64,000 nucleotides of DNA from positions 22,196,001 to 22,260,000 of the forward strand of contig OZ024760.1 of assembly GCA_964016885.1 (NCBI GenBank), read 5' to 3'. The notes beneath the pieces were generated by a model that was given only the letters and a program-made list of their open reading frames with translations, made no database searches and was not told the DNA's origin. The translations under genes were made by a program, and so were the position numbers. Positions within the stretch are counted from its first letter, which is position 1. Each line of letters opens with the position of its first letter. The stretch comes from Eledone cirrhosa. Its lineage: Eukaryota. Of the stretch, positions 1 to 14,564 are shown piece by piece.

Positions 1-819
1 ACATATATACATACATACATATATACATACATACATAAATACACTGATACATATATATATATACATAGATATATTTATATACATATACATATATATATAT
101 ATATATATACATATATACATAGATATATTTATATATATATACATATATATATATACATATATATATATACATATATAGATATATACATACATATATATAT
201 ACATATACACATACATATATACATACATATATATACATATACATATATATATATATATACATATATACATATATATACACATATATATGTATACACATAT
301 ATACATATACACACACATACATATACACACACATACACATATATATATATATATACATATACACTTCCACCGCCACCTCCGCCTACACCTCTACCAGTGT
401 CACCACCACCACCACCACCACTAACGCTAACACTGCTACTACCAGTTCCACCGCCGCCCCCACCACCACCAACACCGCCACCAGCACCAACACCGCCACC
501 CCCCACCCCCACCCCACCGCACCCCCATCCCCACCCCCACCACCACCAGCGCCACCAGCACCAACACCGCCACCCGTTCCTCAATGGTTGACACATGTTT
601 GATTGTAAATCTTTCGAGTGTTTCTCTATCTCTCCGCTAGCCTCCCCCCTCTCTCTCTCTATCTCACCCATCTCTTCCTCTCTATCTCCATCTCACCCTA
701 TCTCTCCCTCCCCCTCTCTCTCTCTCCATTACCCCCTATCTCCCCCTCTCTTTCCTTTTCTGTATTCCTCTCACCATATATATATATATTTTGTTATTGT
801 TTTTGTTTTCTGTTTTAAC

Positions 820-873
<54 letters not shown>

Positions 874-960
874 CGCTGGTATTGGTGGTGGTGGTGGAGG
901 TGGAAGTGATGGTAGCATTGGTGGAGGTAACAGTAGTGTGTGTGTGTGGGGGGGGGGGGG
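1..960. repeat. Compound microsatellite block: (TA/CA)n, (CCA)n, (CT)n, (GT)n
   Basis: Simple repeats are directly visible; overlapping ORFs are low-complexity artefacts. Confidence 0.95.
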
Positions 961-1360
961 GAGAGAGGAAGAGAGTGCTAAAGTTGTAAACTCATAAATG
1001 TCAACGATATGGCTGCTCCAGAGACTATGCCAGGGGACCATTCATTGTACTCAATACACACACGATAGGGAGTCGCGTATGTACTATATAGTGAGGTGTA
1101 AAAATATACTTCAATTAATTATGAGAAGCCATGCAATTAATAAACAAATTCTTCCTCTAGGGTTACGCAAAATCTAAAAATAACAAACAGGGGAGATAAT
1201 TCCAATGAGATAATTAAATTGTAATTTCTTTTAAACAAATGCTGAAGAAGCCATTAGATTATTATTCCTGAGAGGGTCTTGGAGGCGTATTCCCCCCCAA
1301 ACCGCTAGAAGGAATGTTTGAAGACTCTGTCCCCCCACGACTCTTTCAGGAATAAGGCTC

Positions 1361-1410
1361 TTTCCTGATGATTTTTTTTTCGAATGAAACAGTTCTAGTC
1401 CTGTAGAAGC
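1361..1410 (+). ncRNA. Type I hammerhead ribozyme (PLE pLTR family with CTAG loop III)
   Basis: ttc-CTGATGA(1365-71)-stem II-GAAA(1386-89)-cag ttctagtc ctg-TA-gaa; GUA triplet, predicted cleavage after 1405. Same family at 14565 and 32273; followed by a TATTGAGTAC motif. Confidence 0.75.
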
Positions 1411-1599
1411 CTTTCCTATTTTTCTATATTAAAGTTGTTGTTTACACTCTAATAATGTATTGAGTACCTTACTTACTGCGGGTAGCCACTCCCCACCCCC
1501 CCGATTGAACCTGGGATGCACATACATACACATATATATACCGTTTATATGACTATGTCTCTATAAATGAACGCGGGTGTTTAAAGGGTAATATATGAA

Positions 1600-1799
1600 G
1601 AGAGAGAGAGAGAGAGAGAGAGAGCGCCAGAGAGAGAGATAGAGAGAGGGGGTTGTATTGGGTAAGATGCTTAAGTAGGAAAGAGATAGAGTGACAGAGA
1701 GAGAGAGAGATGGTGAGAGAGAGAGAGGGTGAGAGAGAGAGGGGGATGGTTGTATTGGGTAAGAAGCTTAAGTAGGAAAGAGATAGAGTGACAGAGAGG

Positions 1800-1831
<32 letters not shown>

Positions 1832-2050
1832 GGGTGAGAGAGAGAGGGGGGATGGTTGTATTGGGTAAGAAGCTTAAGTAGGAAAGAGATAGAGTGACAG
1901 AGAGGAAGAGAGGGAAAGAGAGAGAGAGAGAGAGGGGGGAGAGAGAGGGAGAGAGGGTGAGAGGGTGAGAGAGAGGGGGGATGGTTGTATTGGGTAAGAA
2001 GCTTAAGTAGGAAAGAGATAGAGGTGACAGGGAGGAAGAGAGGGATAGAA
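1600..2050. repeat. About 4 copies of a ~105-125 bp unit (ggttgtattgggtaagaagcttaagtaggaaagagatagag plus GA tract)
   Basis: Core recurs near 1651, 1748, 1854 and 1983. Confidence 0.85.
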
Positions 2051-2249
2051 ATATTTAGGGCAATTCTCAGGGAGTAGGCGTACTAAACTGAACTAGATCT
2101 GATCTTCATGTCAGAGGAACATGGCCTTGACCTAGTCAACGAATCAACCTCGAAATCGACGTGCTGCGTTCATATTATAAATTGCCAAATAAATTAACTG
2201 TGGAGATATAAAAGATAAAGAAGCGAAAACCAACCAAACAGTGAGTGTG

Positions 2250-2375
2250 TTCTGGAGTTCAAATCCCGCCGAGGTTGACTTTGCCTTTCATCCTTACGGG
2301 GTCGATAAAATAAAGTACCAGTAATGCACTGGGATAATTGCTGGCCTTGTGCCTAAAGTAGAAACAGTTATTATT
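2250..2375 (+). mobile_element. tRNA-SINE family A (Meta-domain-like), 5'-truncated
   Basis: B-box gagttcaaatccc, core tttgcctttcatccttacggggtcgataaaataaagtaccag, tail gtagaaacagttatt. Confidence 0.85.
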
Positions 2376-2459
2376 TCTGGCAATATTATTACAACAATAT
2401 GACCCTCCCCAAGTATAACAATATATATGTATGTATATATATATATATGTATATATATA

Positions 2460-2646
2460 TAGGAAAATGTTTAACCACGACGAGCTCAAGCCGTTTCGAC
2501 GGCTATTTCTGTCCAGAAATAGCCGCCGAAACGGCTTGAGCTCTGCCGTCGGGGTTAAACATTTTCCTATTATCCACTCTACTACCCTAAGTATTGAGTA
2601 CTCTGGTGCGTTATGGTCCATATGGTTCCTTACCACACCTCTTTCG

Positions 2647-2648
<2 letters not shown>
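2460..2648 (+). mobile_element. Fold-back PLE-pLTR-like element, family F1 (half hammerhead)
   Basis: Inverted arms around tc at ~2512; right arm reads GAAA-cggc..gccg-TC; TA-rich tracts on both sides; 7 related copies in the window. Confidence 0.75.
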
Positions 2649-2701
<53 letters not shown>

Positions 2702-3011
2702 TATATGTATGTATGATATTATATATATATGATTATATTAAGTATAAATCGAAGTTGCAACTGCCATATTTATATATATTTGAAAATGTATGAAATTCTT
2801 GGTACAGTTAGGTATATTTAATTAAAACAAGGAAAATAATGTCTTTCGCCAGCGACGAATGCGAGAAAGTTCTCCAGGAAAGTTAAGCAGGAATCTTTAA
2901 AAATTTTCCCACCGAAGTTAACAAAGAACTTACTAGATCTACCAAATCATGATATTATAACATTAAATCAAATTGTTTAGAACTACATGTGAAGTCATTC
3001 TTTTCTTTTTT

Positions 3012-3850
3012 TAAAAATAATATGTTGCTGAATGAGGATAAGTTCGAGTTAATCAACTTTGGAAGAAAGGATGTCCTGAAACTACCATACTCTCTTCCTT
3101 CAGGTGAAACTCTCATGGCATCCAACAACGTAGAGACTTGGGAGTAATTGTGGACAACAACATAAGCTGGGCCACTCATATAAACAGCAAAGTTGACATG
3201 GCCCAGAGAATGTGTTCCTGGATTCTCAGAACCTTCCAGTCGAGAAATATCCATATTGTTATCCTTCTCTTCTCCACTTTTGCCCGACCCCACCTTGAAT
3301 ACTGTTGTCCACTGTGGTCTCCACACACGAAACAAAGTATCATGAAAGTTGAAGTACCTCAAAGGTCAATTACAAAAAAGATAGCTGGCATGACAGGCCT
3401 TGACTATTGGAGTCGATTAGAAAAACTCAACCTTTACGCTACATTATCTGCATGATGTGGAAAATTTTCCATCAGCATTGCCCAAATGATGTTGGCATCA
3501 CCTTTAAACTACACCCAAAGCTTGGGCCCCGTGCTATCTGCCAACGACAAAAATCTCGCTGGCATCTCATAACAACAATACGGCACAATTATTTCACCTC
3601 AATTGGCCCCGCTCTCTTTAACATTACACCAAAACACATTAAAACTGAAACAGACCCCATCAAGTTCAAGAAGACTTTGGACAAATTCCTTCAAGAAATC
3701 CCGGATAAGCCTCCTACACCCGGATATGCCTCCGTAAACAATAACTCCCTACCATGGTGCCCAAATCCTGATTTGAAAGACTTCGCCAGGTGGTGCTATT
3801 AAGCTAGACATGGCCTGGGCCAACACTGGCCGAAACCTATCAAAGTTAAG
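3012..3850 (+). mobile_element. CR1/L2-type LINE, 3' fragment of ORF2 (RT C-terminus), frameshifted
   Basis: RDLGVIVDNNISW..HI, LFSTFARPHLEYCCPLWSP and LDYWSRLEKLNLY are typical CR1/L2 ORF2 C-terminal motifs. Confidence 0.9.
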
Positions 3851-3932
<82 letters not shown>

Positions 3933-4009
3933 AGTTAACAGATGAAACAAACAAAACAGGAGGTAATTTTACACAGTTATATTAGATTCATGCTTGATGC
4001 AAGTGGAGG

Positions 4010-4052
4010 AGACATCAACATTTCGGCGGACAGAAGTCCTTCTTCAGGAAAG
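4010..4052 (-). ncRNA. Degenerate hammerhead ribozyme
   Basis: Minus strand: ttc-CTGAAGA-a ggac ttct gtcc gcc-GAAA-tg-TT-ga; stems I and III are weak. Confidence 0.4.
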
Positions 4053-4336
4053 ATCGGATAAGGAGAGAACCGATAGATGTAAGAGTCGTGTAAGAAGGTT
4101 AGGGAAGGAAGTATGCGCGCGTGTGTGTGTGTGTGTCTGAGAGCTGATGACAAAAAAAACGTGCTTTTTCCTCCTCTTTGTCTTTAATTTTCACGTATAT
4201 TTTTCCTTTAATTTCTCCCTCAAATTATTTTCTCTCTTATTCGATTTTACAATGAAGGACTAGCATGAGAAACGTTAACGCTATTTTTTCCACATATTTT
4301 ATGCGTGATATCAATTTTAGTGCATTGATCTCTTGC

Positions 4337-4398
<62 letters not shown>

Positions 4399-4684
4399 CT
4401 GCGAGACATAAAAGGCGACAGAAATATTTATACCGGGAAAGGCATCCGGTCGTAAATCTCTGCCTCAACATCTCTCATCGAATCCGTCATTATGGAAAAA
4501 CGGCATAAATAATTGATGATGCAACACACACACACACATACTCACACACACACACACACACACACGCACACACAGACTCACACACACACAAACACACATA
4601 CACACACACACAGAGGCTCACACACACAAATACACACAAACACACAGACACACACATACAGAGGCTCACTTACACAGAAGTACA

Positions 4685-4728
<44 letters not shown>

Positions 4729-5259
4729 AATATACATGTTTATAATGTGTGTATGTATGCATGTATATATGTATGTATATATATATATATATATGTATGT
4801 ATGCATGTATGTATATATGTATATAATGTGTGTATGTAAGCATGTATGTATATATATGTATATAACGTGTGTATGTATGTATGCATGTATATATATGTAT
4901 ATAACGTGTGTATGTATGTATGCATGTATATATATGTATATAATATGTGTATGTATGCATGTATATATGTATGTATGTATATATATATGTATGTATGTAT
5001 ATATGTATATAACGTGTGTATGTATGTATGCATGTATATATATATGTATATAACGTGTGTATGTATGTAAGCATGTATGTATATATGTATATAACGTGTG
5101 TATGTATGTATGCATGTATATATATGTATATAATGTGTGTATGTATGCATGTATATGAAGGTATTGTGTTATGAGCAGGACGGAAGTTGTTTGATGTGAT
5201 ATAGACAAAGTCGTATGGCGTTCATGATATATTTCAGTTACATCAAAATGTCTTCCTTG

Positions 5260-7732
5260 ACACAGCGCACAACAACATGGCTACACAGCGCACAACAATA
5301 TGGCTACACAGCGCCCAACAACATGGCTACGCAGCGCCCAACAACATGGCTACACAGCGCACAACAATATGGCTACACAGCGCACAACAATATGGCTACA
5401 CAGCGCCCAACAATATGGCTACACAGCGCCCAACAACATGGCTACACAGCGCCCAACAACATGGCTACGCAGCGCACAACAATATGGCTACACAGCGCCC
5501 AACAACATGGCTACGCAGCGCACAACAATATGGCTACACAGCGCACAACAATATGGCTACACAGCGCACAACAACATGGCTACACAGCGCACAACAACAT
5601 GGCTACACAACGCCCAACAACATGGCTACACAGCGCACAACAATATGGCTACACAGCGCCCAACAATATGGCTACACAGCGCCCAACAACATGGCTACAC
5701 AGCGTACAACAACATGGCTACACAGCGGCCAACAACATGGCTACACAGCGCACAACAACATGGCTACACAGCGCACAACAATATGGCTACACAGCGCACA
5801 ACAGTATGGCTACACAGCGCACAACAATATGGCTACACAGCGCACAACAACATGGCTACACAGCGGCCAACAACATGGCTACACAGCGCACAACAACATG
5901 GCTACACAGCGCACAACAACATGGCTACACAGCGCCCAACAATATGGCTACACAGCGCACAACAACATGGCTACACAGCGCCCAACAATATGGCTACACA
6001 GCGCACAACAATATGGCTACACAGCGCACAACAACATGGCTACACACCGCACAACAATATGGCTACACACCGCACAACAACATGGCTACACAGCGCACAA
6101 CAATATGGCTACACAGCGCCCAACAATATGGCTACACAGCGCACAACAATATGGCTACACAGCGCACAACAACATGGCTACACAGCGGCCAACAACATGG
6201 CTACACACCGCACAACAATATGGCTACACAGCGCACAACAACATGGCTACACACCGCACAACAATATGGCTACACACCGCACAACAACATGGCTACACAG
6301 CGCACAACAATATGGCTACACAGCGCCCAACAATCTGGCTACACAGCGCACAGCAACATGGCTACACAGCGCACAACAACATGGCTACACAGCGCCCAAC
6401 AATATGGCTACACAGCGCACAACAATATGGCTACACAGCGCACAACAACATGGCTACACAGCGGCCAACAACATGGCTACACAGCGCACAACAACATGGC
6501 TACACAGCGCCCAACAACATGGCTACACAGCGCACAACAACATGGCTACACAGCGCCCAACAATATGGCTACACAGCGCACAACAACATGGCTACACAGC
6601 GCCCAACAACATGGCTACACAGCGCACAACAATATGGCTACACAGCGCACAACAACATGGCTACACAGCGCCCAACAATATGGCTACACAGCGCACAACA
6701 ACATGGCTACACAGCGCCCAACAACATGGCTACACAGCGCACAACAACATGGCTACACAGCGCCCAACAATATGGCTACACAGCGCACAACAACATGGCT
6801 ACACAGCGCCCAACAACATGGCTACACACCGCACAACAACATGGCTACACAGCGCACAGCAACATGGCTACACAGCGCACAACAACATGGCTACACAGCG
6901 CCCAACAATATGGCTACACAGCGCACAACAATATGGCTACACAGCGCACAACAACATGGCTACACAGCGCCCAACAATATGGCTACACAGCGCACAACAA
7001 CATGGCTACACAGCGCCCAACAACATGGCTACACAGCGCACAACAACATGGCTACACAGCGCCCAACAACATGGCTACACAGCGCACAACAATATGGCTA
7101 CACAGCGCCCAACAACATGGCTACACAGCGCACAACAATATGGCTACACAGCGCACAACAACATGGCTACACAGCGCACAACAATATGGCTACACAGCGC
7201 ACAACAACATGGCTACACAGCGCACAACAACATGGCTACACAGCGCACAACAACATGGCTACACAGCGCACAACAACATGGCTACACAGCGCACAACAAC
7301 ATGGCTACACAGCGCACAACAACATGGCTACACAGCGCCCAACAACATGGCTACACAGCGCACAACAACATGGCTACACAGCGCCCAACAACATGGCTAC
7401 ACAGCGCACAACAATATGGCTACACAGCGGCCAACAACATGGCTACACAGCGCACAACAATATGGCTACACAGCGCACAACAATATGGCTACACAGCGCA
7501 CAACAACATGGCTACACAGCGCACAACAATATGGCTACACAGCGGCCAACAACATGGCTACACAGCGCACAACAATATGGCTACACAGCGGCCAACAACA
7601 TGGCTACACAGCGCACAACAATATGGCTACACAGCGCACAACAACATGGCTACACAGCGCACAACAACATGGCTACACAGCGCACAACAATATGGCTACA
7701 CAGCGCACAACAACATGGCTACACAGCGCACA
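5260..7732. repeat. 23-bp tandem satellite (ACACAGCGCACAACAACATGGCT), about 107 copies
   Basis: Direct periodicity; all three + frames are open because the unit has no stop codon. Confidence 0.97.
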
Positions 7733-7842
7733 CAGAAGAGAGGCCAATACAGACTGGAGCACACTTGAAATTGTTTAAAAAGCGAAGACAGCTCGTATGG
7801 GTCGGTAGGTAGATGCCAAACATATGTGGAAACTTGACAGTG

Positions 7843-7886
<44 letters not shown>

Positions 7887-8152
7887 TATATCTTATATCA
7901 TGTATACTGAGAGAGAGAGAGGGAGAGTGAGAGAGAGATGGAGAGGAAGAGAGAGGGCGAGAGAGAGAGAGAGGAAGAGAGAGGGTGAGAGAGAGAGAGA
8001 GAGAGAGAGGAAGAGAGAGGGTGAGAGAGAGAAAAGGATAATTAGTTATATGGTTAGATAAATATTGACTGAGTGTATATATATATACATACACACACAC
8101 ACATATATATATATATAGATATATATATATATATATACATATACACACACAT

Positions 8153-8208
<56 letters not shown>

Positions 8209-8313
8209 TGTGTGTGTATGTATGTATGCGTTTATCAGTGTATGCATATGAATGCATATTACATATATATATGTGTGTGTGTGTGTGTCTGCGTATGAAT
8301 ATATATAACATAC

Positions 8314-8353
<40 letters not shown>

Positions 8354-8379
8354 TGTGTGTATGAATATATATAACATAC

Positions 8380-8425
<46 letters not shown>

Positions 8426-8469
8426 ATTTGTCTGTGTATCTATGCGTAAGAATATATATGATAAAGATG

Positions 8470-8563
<94 letters not shown>

Positions 8564-10016
8564 ATGTGAGAGAGAGAGAGTGCGTAAGTGTGTGTGTGTG
8601 AGTGTATGTTTGTATGTGTATATATATATGTAGTTGTGTGTGTGTGTGTGTGTAGATAAAAGCAGAGACAGCAATTTTTACTTGAAATCCTTCATTTTAA
8701 GTCCATCAATAATAGAATATTTTTGATGGTCAGGAGAGACGGGGGGGGGAGTGGTGTGTGGTGGGGGTGGTATGTGGGGGAGTGAAGTGGTGGATGAGGG
8801 TAGTGGTGGTGGTGGTGGTGGTAGTGGTGGTGGTGGTGGTGGTGGTCAGTGGTGGTGGAGTGTGGGGGAGTGAAATGGTGGTTTGGTGGCGGGTGGTAAT
8901 GGAGACCAGTGGTGGTGGTGCTGGTCAGTGGTGGTGGAGTGTGGGGGAATGAAATGGTGGTGGTGGTGGAGGGTGGTGGTAGTGGTCAGTGGTGGTGGTG
9001 GTGGAGTGTGGGGGAATGAAATGGTGGTGGTGGTATGTGGGGGGAGTGAAGTGGTGGTGGTGGTGGTGGAATGTGGTGGTGGTGGAGTGGTAGTGAAGGG
9101 GTGAAATGTGGGGGAGTTAAGTAGTGGTGGTGGCTGGGTGGTGGAGTGAAGTGGTGGTGGAGTGAAGTGGTGGTGGTGGTGGTGGAGTGAAGAAGTGGTG
9201 GTGGTGGTGTGTGTGTGTGTGGGGTGTGTGATGTGTGTCTGTGTGTGTGGGGAGGGTTAGAGTGAAGTGGTGGTGGTGGTGGTGGGGAGGGGGGGGTAAA
9301 GTGAAGTGGTGGTGCTGGTTTTAGAGTAGGTGGGGGAGGTTGTGGTAATATTTAGTCTGAAGATGAGAATTGAGTGGAATTGAGGGGAATTGAGTGGTCT
9401 AGCTGTTTAAAGATGTTGTTAGTGTTGTTGTTACTGTTGTTGTTGTTACTGTAGTTGTTGTTGTAGTGGCTGGTATTGTGGCTATAGTGGTTGTTGTGGT
9501 TGTTGTTGTTGTAGTGGTTGGTATTGTTGCTATAGTGGTTGTTGTTGTTTTTGTAGTGGTTGGTATTGTTGCTATAGTGGTTGTTGTTGTTTCTGTAGTG
9601 GTTGTTGTTCTTATTGTAGTGGCTGTTGTTGTTGTTGTTGTTATTGTCGTGGTTGTAGTAGTGGTTATAGTTGTTGTTGTAGTGGTTGTTGTTGTTCTTA
9701 TTGTAGTGACTTGTTATTGTTGTTGTTGTTGTTATTGTAGTGGTTGTAGTAGTGGTTATGGTTGTTGTTGTAGTGGTTGTTATTGTTCTCATTGTAGTGG
9801 CTGTTGTTGTTGTTGTTGTTGTTATTGTCGTGGTTGTTAGTGTTGTTGTTGTAGTAGTTGTTGTTGTTGTAGTGGTTGTTGTTGTAGTAGTGGCTGTTGT
9901 TGTTGTTGTTGTTTTTCTAGTCATAGTTCTGGATGTTGTTGTACTTGTAGTTGTAGTAATTGTTGTTGTTGTTGTTGCAGTTGTAGCAGGAGTTGTTACA
10001 GCTTGTGTAGGAACTA

Positions 10017-10531
10017 CGTCGGTTGCGACGACGAGTGTTCCAGTTTATCGAACAACGTAATAGCCAGTTCCACACCCCACGCGCTCCCTTAACGCACTTC
10101 TCGGGGAGATTCAGCGACGTGACACTGTGTGACAAGACTGGTCCTTTGAATTGCATTCTTTTGCCAGCTGAATGTACTGGAGCAACTTGAAGTAAAGTGT
10201 CTTGTTCAAGGACACAACGCACCACCGGAGATCGAACTCACAACCTTACGATTGTAAGCCGAATACCCTACCCACAGAACCACACACCTTCTCTCTATAA
10301 ACCCCAACGACCCGCTTCGGTCACGAATGACCTGGGATTTGCACCTAGAAAGTTTCCCTCTGTGGCACAAGTCCGGGCAAGGTTGTTTGTGGAAGACCAG
10401 TAGTTGCCCATGCATACCAGTTCCCCCTCTCCATGCCACTGATGTTGTCCAAGGGAAAGGCAATGGCCGATACAGCTTGGCCCCACACACACTATATATA
10501 CTCTGTATATACAATATTTATACTCTATATA

Positions 10532-10565
<34 letters not shown>

Positions 10566-11127
10566 TATATATATATTATATATATACTACATATATACTA
10601 CATATATACACTATATCTGATGATGTCCAAGGGAAAGGAAATGTCAGATACAGCTTGACACCAGTGATGGCTGTCACACCTCATATATTCACTATATATA
10701 CATTATATATACACTATGTTTAGTATATGTATACACTATATATGATATTGTCCAACGGAAAGGAAATGTCAGATACAGCTTGGCACCAGTGTCATTGCAA
10801 CGCATTTCTACAGCTGAGCTAACTGGAGCAACGTGAAATAAAGTGTCTTGCTCAAGGACACAACGCGTCACCCGGTCCGAGAATCGAACTCACAACCTCC
10901 CGATTGCAAGCCCAAATGATCTAACCACTAAGCCATGCGCCTTCACATAAACACCATCAACAGCACCAACACCACCACCAATATCACCATATAATCACAA
11001 TTAACAACACAACAACACCAACAACAGCATCTTTACCAGCAAGAAGTAAAGTGTCTTGGTCAAGGACACAAAGCAGTCCCGGGAATCGAACACCCTCATC
11101 GTGAGTCAAACACCCTAACCACTAAAC
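10017..11127 (-). mobile_element. Cluster of tRNA-derived CORE-like SINE (family B) copies and fragments
   Basis: Minus strand A-box ggcgcatggcttagtggttag, B-box gttcgattc and CORE-like tgtgtccttgagcaagacactttatttcac at ~10190, 10850 and 11050. Confidence 0.8.
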
Positions 11128-11164
11128 TCCTGTTTTCATATTATCGTATTAGTTAAGGTGTGTT

Positions 11165-12193
11165 AGAGGGCGGCGGATTTGCAGTAATCGGGAGAGCGTC
11201 GGACACCATACTTCGTGGCATAGAGTTACGGCCCTTTATATACAGAGTTCGAATTCCGCCGATGTTAACTTTGCCTTTCATCCTTACGGGGGGTCGATAA
11301 ATAAAGTAGCAATAACGCATTGGGGTCGATTTAATCGACTTTAACCTCCCCTAAAATTGCTGGCCTTGTGCCCAAAGCAGAAAGGATTATTATTGTGGAT
11401 TGGCAGTATCGGTAGAGGGTCGGACGCCATGCTTTGACGCATAGAGTTACGGCCCTTGCTTTTCTGAGTTCAAATCCCGCCGCGGTTAACTTTGCCTCTC
11501 ATCATTACGGGGGGTCGATAAAATACAGTACCAGTAATGCACTGGGGTTATTGCTGACCTTGTGCCAAAAGTAGAAACAATTAATTGGCATGGCGGTGGA
11601 TTGGCAGTATTGGTAGAGGGTTGGACGCCATGTTTTGCAGCATGGGTGTTATGGCCCTTTATGTTCTGAGTTCAAATCCCACCGAGGTTAACTTTGCCTT
11701 TCATCCTTACGGGCGGTCGATAAAATAAAGTACCAGTAATACACTGGAGTTATTGCTGGCCTTGTGCCAAAAGTAGAAACAATTAATTGGCATGGCGGTG
11801 GATTGGCAGTATTGGTAGAGGGTTGGACGCCATGTTTTGCAGCATGGGTGTTATGGCCCTTTATGTTCTGAGTTCAAATCCCACCGAGGTTAACTTTGCC
11901 TTTCATCCTTACGGGCGGTCGATAAAATAAAGTACCAGTAATACACTGGAGTTATTGCTGGCCTTGTGCCAAAAGTAGAAACAATTAATTGGCATGGCGG
12001 TGGATTGGCAGTATTGGTAGAGGGTTGGACGCCATGTTTTGCAGCATGGGTGTTATGGCCCTTTATGTTCTAAATTCAAATCCCACCGAGGTTAACTTTG
12101 CCTTTCATCCTTACGGGCGGTCGATAAAATAAAGTACCAGTAATACACTGGGTTATGGCTGGCCTTCTGCCAAAAGTAGAAACAATTATTATT
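11165..12193 (+). mobile_element. Five head-to-tail SINE family A copies; the last three are near-identical 202-bp units
   Basis: Units start at 11587, 11789 and 11991; A/B boxes and the Meta-like core are in each. Confidence 0.9.
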
Positions 12194-12310
12194 GCTGTTG
12201 ACATAATTTGTCGAGATTAAGAAGTAGGACAATTCCATTGTCAAATGACTTGGCCGTCATATCTAGAATATGAAATTGCTTCGTCAGCAGACGACATCAA
12301 TGGGGCAGAC

Positions 12311-13189
12311 TGTGGTGGTGGTGGTGGTGGTGGTGGTGGTGGTGGTGGTGTTGGTAGTGATGGTGCTGGTAGTGGTGGTGCTGGTAGTGGTGGTGCTGGT
12401 AGTGGTGATCTTGGTGGTGGTGGTGGTGGTGCTGGTAGTGGTGGTGCTGGTAGTGGTGATGTTGGTGGTGGTGGTGGTGGTGATGGTAGTGGTGGTGCTG
12501 GTAGTGGTGATCTTGGTGGTGGTGGTAGTGGTGATGTTGGTGGTGGTGGTGGTGGTGGTGGTGGTGGTGGTGATGGTGGTGGTGGTGGTGGTGGTCGTGG
12601 TGGTGATGGTGGTGGTGGTGGTGGTGGTCGTGGTGGTGATGTTGGTGGTGGTGGTGGTGATGTTGGTGGTGGTGGTGGTGGTGATGGTAGTGGTGGTGGT
12701 GGTGATGGTGGTGGTGTTGGTAGTGGTGATGTTGGTGGTGGTGGGTGGTGGTCATGGTGGTGGTGGTGATGGTGGTGGTGCTGGTGGTGGTGATGGTGGT
12801 GGTGCTGGTGGTGGTGATGTTGGTGGTGGGTGGTGGTCATGGTGGTGGTGGTGGTGGTGGTGATGGTGGTGGTGGTGGTGATGTTGGTGGTGGTGGTGGT
12901 AGTGATGGTAGTGGTGGTGGTGGTGATGATGGTGGTGGTGCTGGTAGTGGTGATATTGGTGGTGGTGGTGATGGTAGTGGTGGTGGTGGTGATGTTGGTT
13001 ATGTTGGAGGTAGTGGTGGTGGTGGTGATGTTGGTGGTGGTGTAGGTGGTAGTGGAGGTGAAGGCGTTGGTGATGGTGGTGGTAGTGGAGGTAGTAGTGG
13101 TGTTGGTCTTGTTGTTGGTGGTGGATGATAGTTTGGTCATTTTTTCTTGAAGACAATATTACAATGTATCTCTCTCTCTCTCTCTCTCT

Positions 13190-13259
<70 letters not shown>

Positions 13260-13322
13260 ATATATATACATATATATATGTGTATATATATACATATATA
13301 TATATATATATGTATATATGTG

Positions 13323-13381
<59 letters not shown>

Positions 13382-13398
13382 ATATATATATATATGTG

Positions 13399-13461
<63 letters not shown>

Positions 13462-13684
13462 GCAAAAGGAATTGTTTAATATAGAATGTATCGTCTCCGC
13501 CTCACAAAAAGTTACAACGTGAAAAAACCGGATATTCAAAACAGATTACCAATGCATGTAGACATTTGTGTGTGTATACACACACACATATATATGTGTG
13601 TGTGTATACACACAGATATATATATATATATGTGTGTGTATACACACAGATATATATATATATATATATATATGTGTGTATATG

Positions 13685-13736
<52 letters not shown>

Positions 13737-13771
13737 AATATACATACATATATATATATATATATACAAAT

Positions 13772-13803
<32 letters not shown>

Positions 13804-13815
13804 GAATATATATTT

Positions 13816-13872
<57 letters not shown>

Positions 13873-13918
13873 CATATATATACACATATTTATACATATA
13901 TTCACACATATGTATCTA

Positions 13919-13955
<37 letters not shown>

Positions 13956-14048
13956 TTATACATATGTTCACACATATCTATCTATCTATCTATCTATATA
14001 TATATATATACACATATTTATACATATATTCACACATATCTATCTATA

Positions 14049-14089
<41 letters not shown>

Positions 14090-14091
14090 TT

Positions 14092-14131
<40 letters not shown>

Positions 14132-14560
14132 TTATACATATATTCACACATATCTATCTATATCTATATACGTGTATATATACGTGTATATATATATATC
14201 TATATCTATATACGTGTATATATATATATATATATACGTGTATATATACAACATATATAATGTTACATTGTCATTGTTCAATGTTATTGTCGTTATGGCT
14301 GTCGTCTTCAACATCAGTCACATATTATTTTTGTTGGAGGGTCAAGGATAAACTTGTAGAGGTGGTGGTGGTGGTGGTGGTGGTATTATCTGTAGTGGTG
14401 GTGGTGGTGGTATTGGTTATTGTAGTGGTGGTGGTATTGGTAGTGGTGGTGGTGGTGGTGGTGCTGCTGCTACAGTTGGTGGTGGTGGTGGTGGTAGTGA
14501 TGGGGGTTATATTGGTAGAGGTGGTGGTGGGCGTATTGGTAGAGGTGGTGGTGGTGGTGG
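12311..14560. repeat. (GGT)n-derived and (TA/CA)n microsatellite blocks
   Basis: Direct observation. Confidence 0.95.
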
Positions 14561-14564
14561 TGGA

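Noticed and set aside
5215-7812. 865/833/822-aa ORFs
   Set aside because: All three are translations of a stop-free 23-bp satellite whose unit is not a multiple of 3; no evidence of coding.
9700-10016. Mucin-like Thr-rich frame on the minus strand
   Set aside because: Indistinguishable from degenerate (ACA)n; truncated by a SINE; no splice signals identified.
10613-10650. CTGATGA..GAAA motif
   Set aside because: Variant of SINE sequence ctgatgttgtccaagggaaagg; no stems I-III.
11165-11270. tRNA genes suggested by A/B boxes
   Set aside because: These are SINE heads; no complete cloverleaf.
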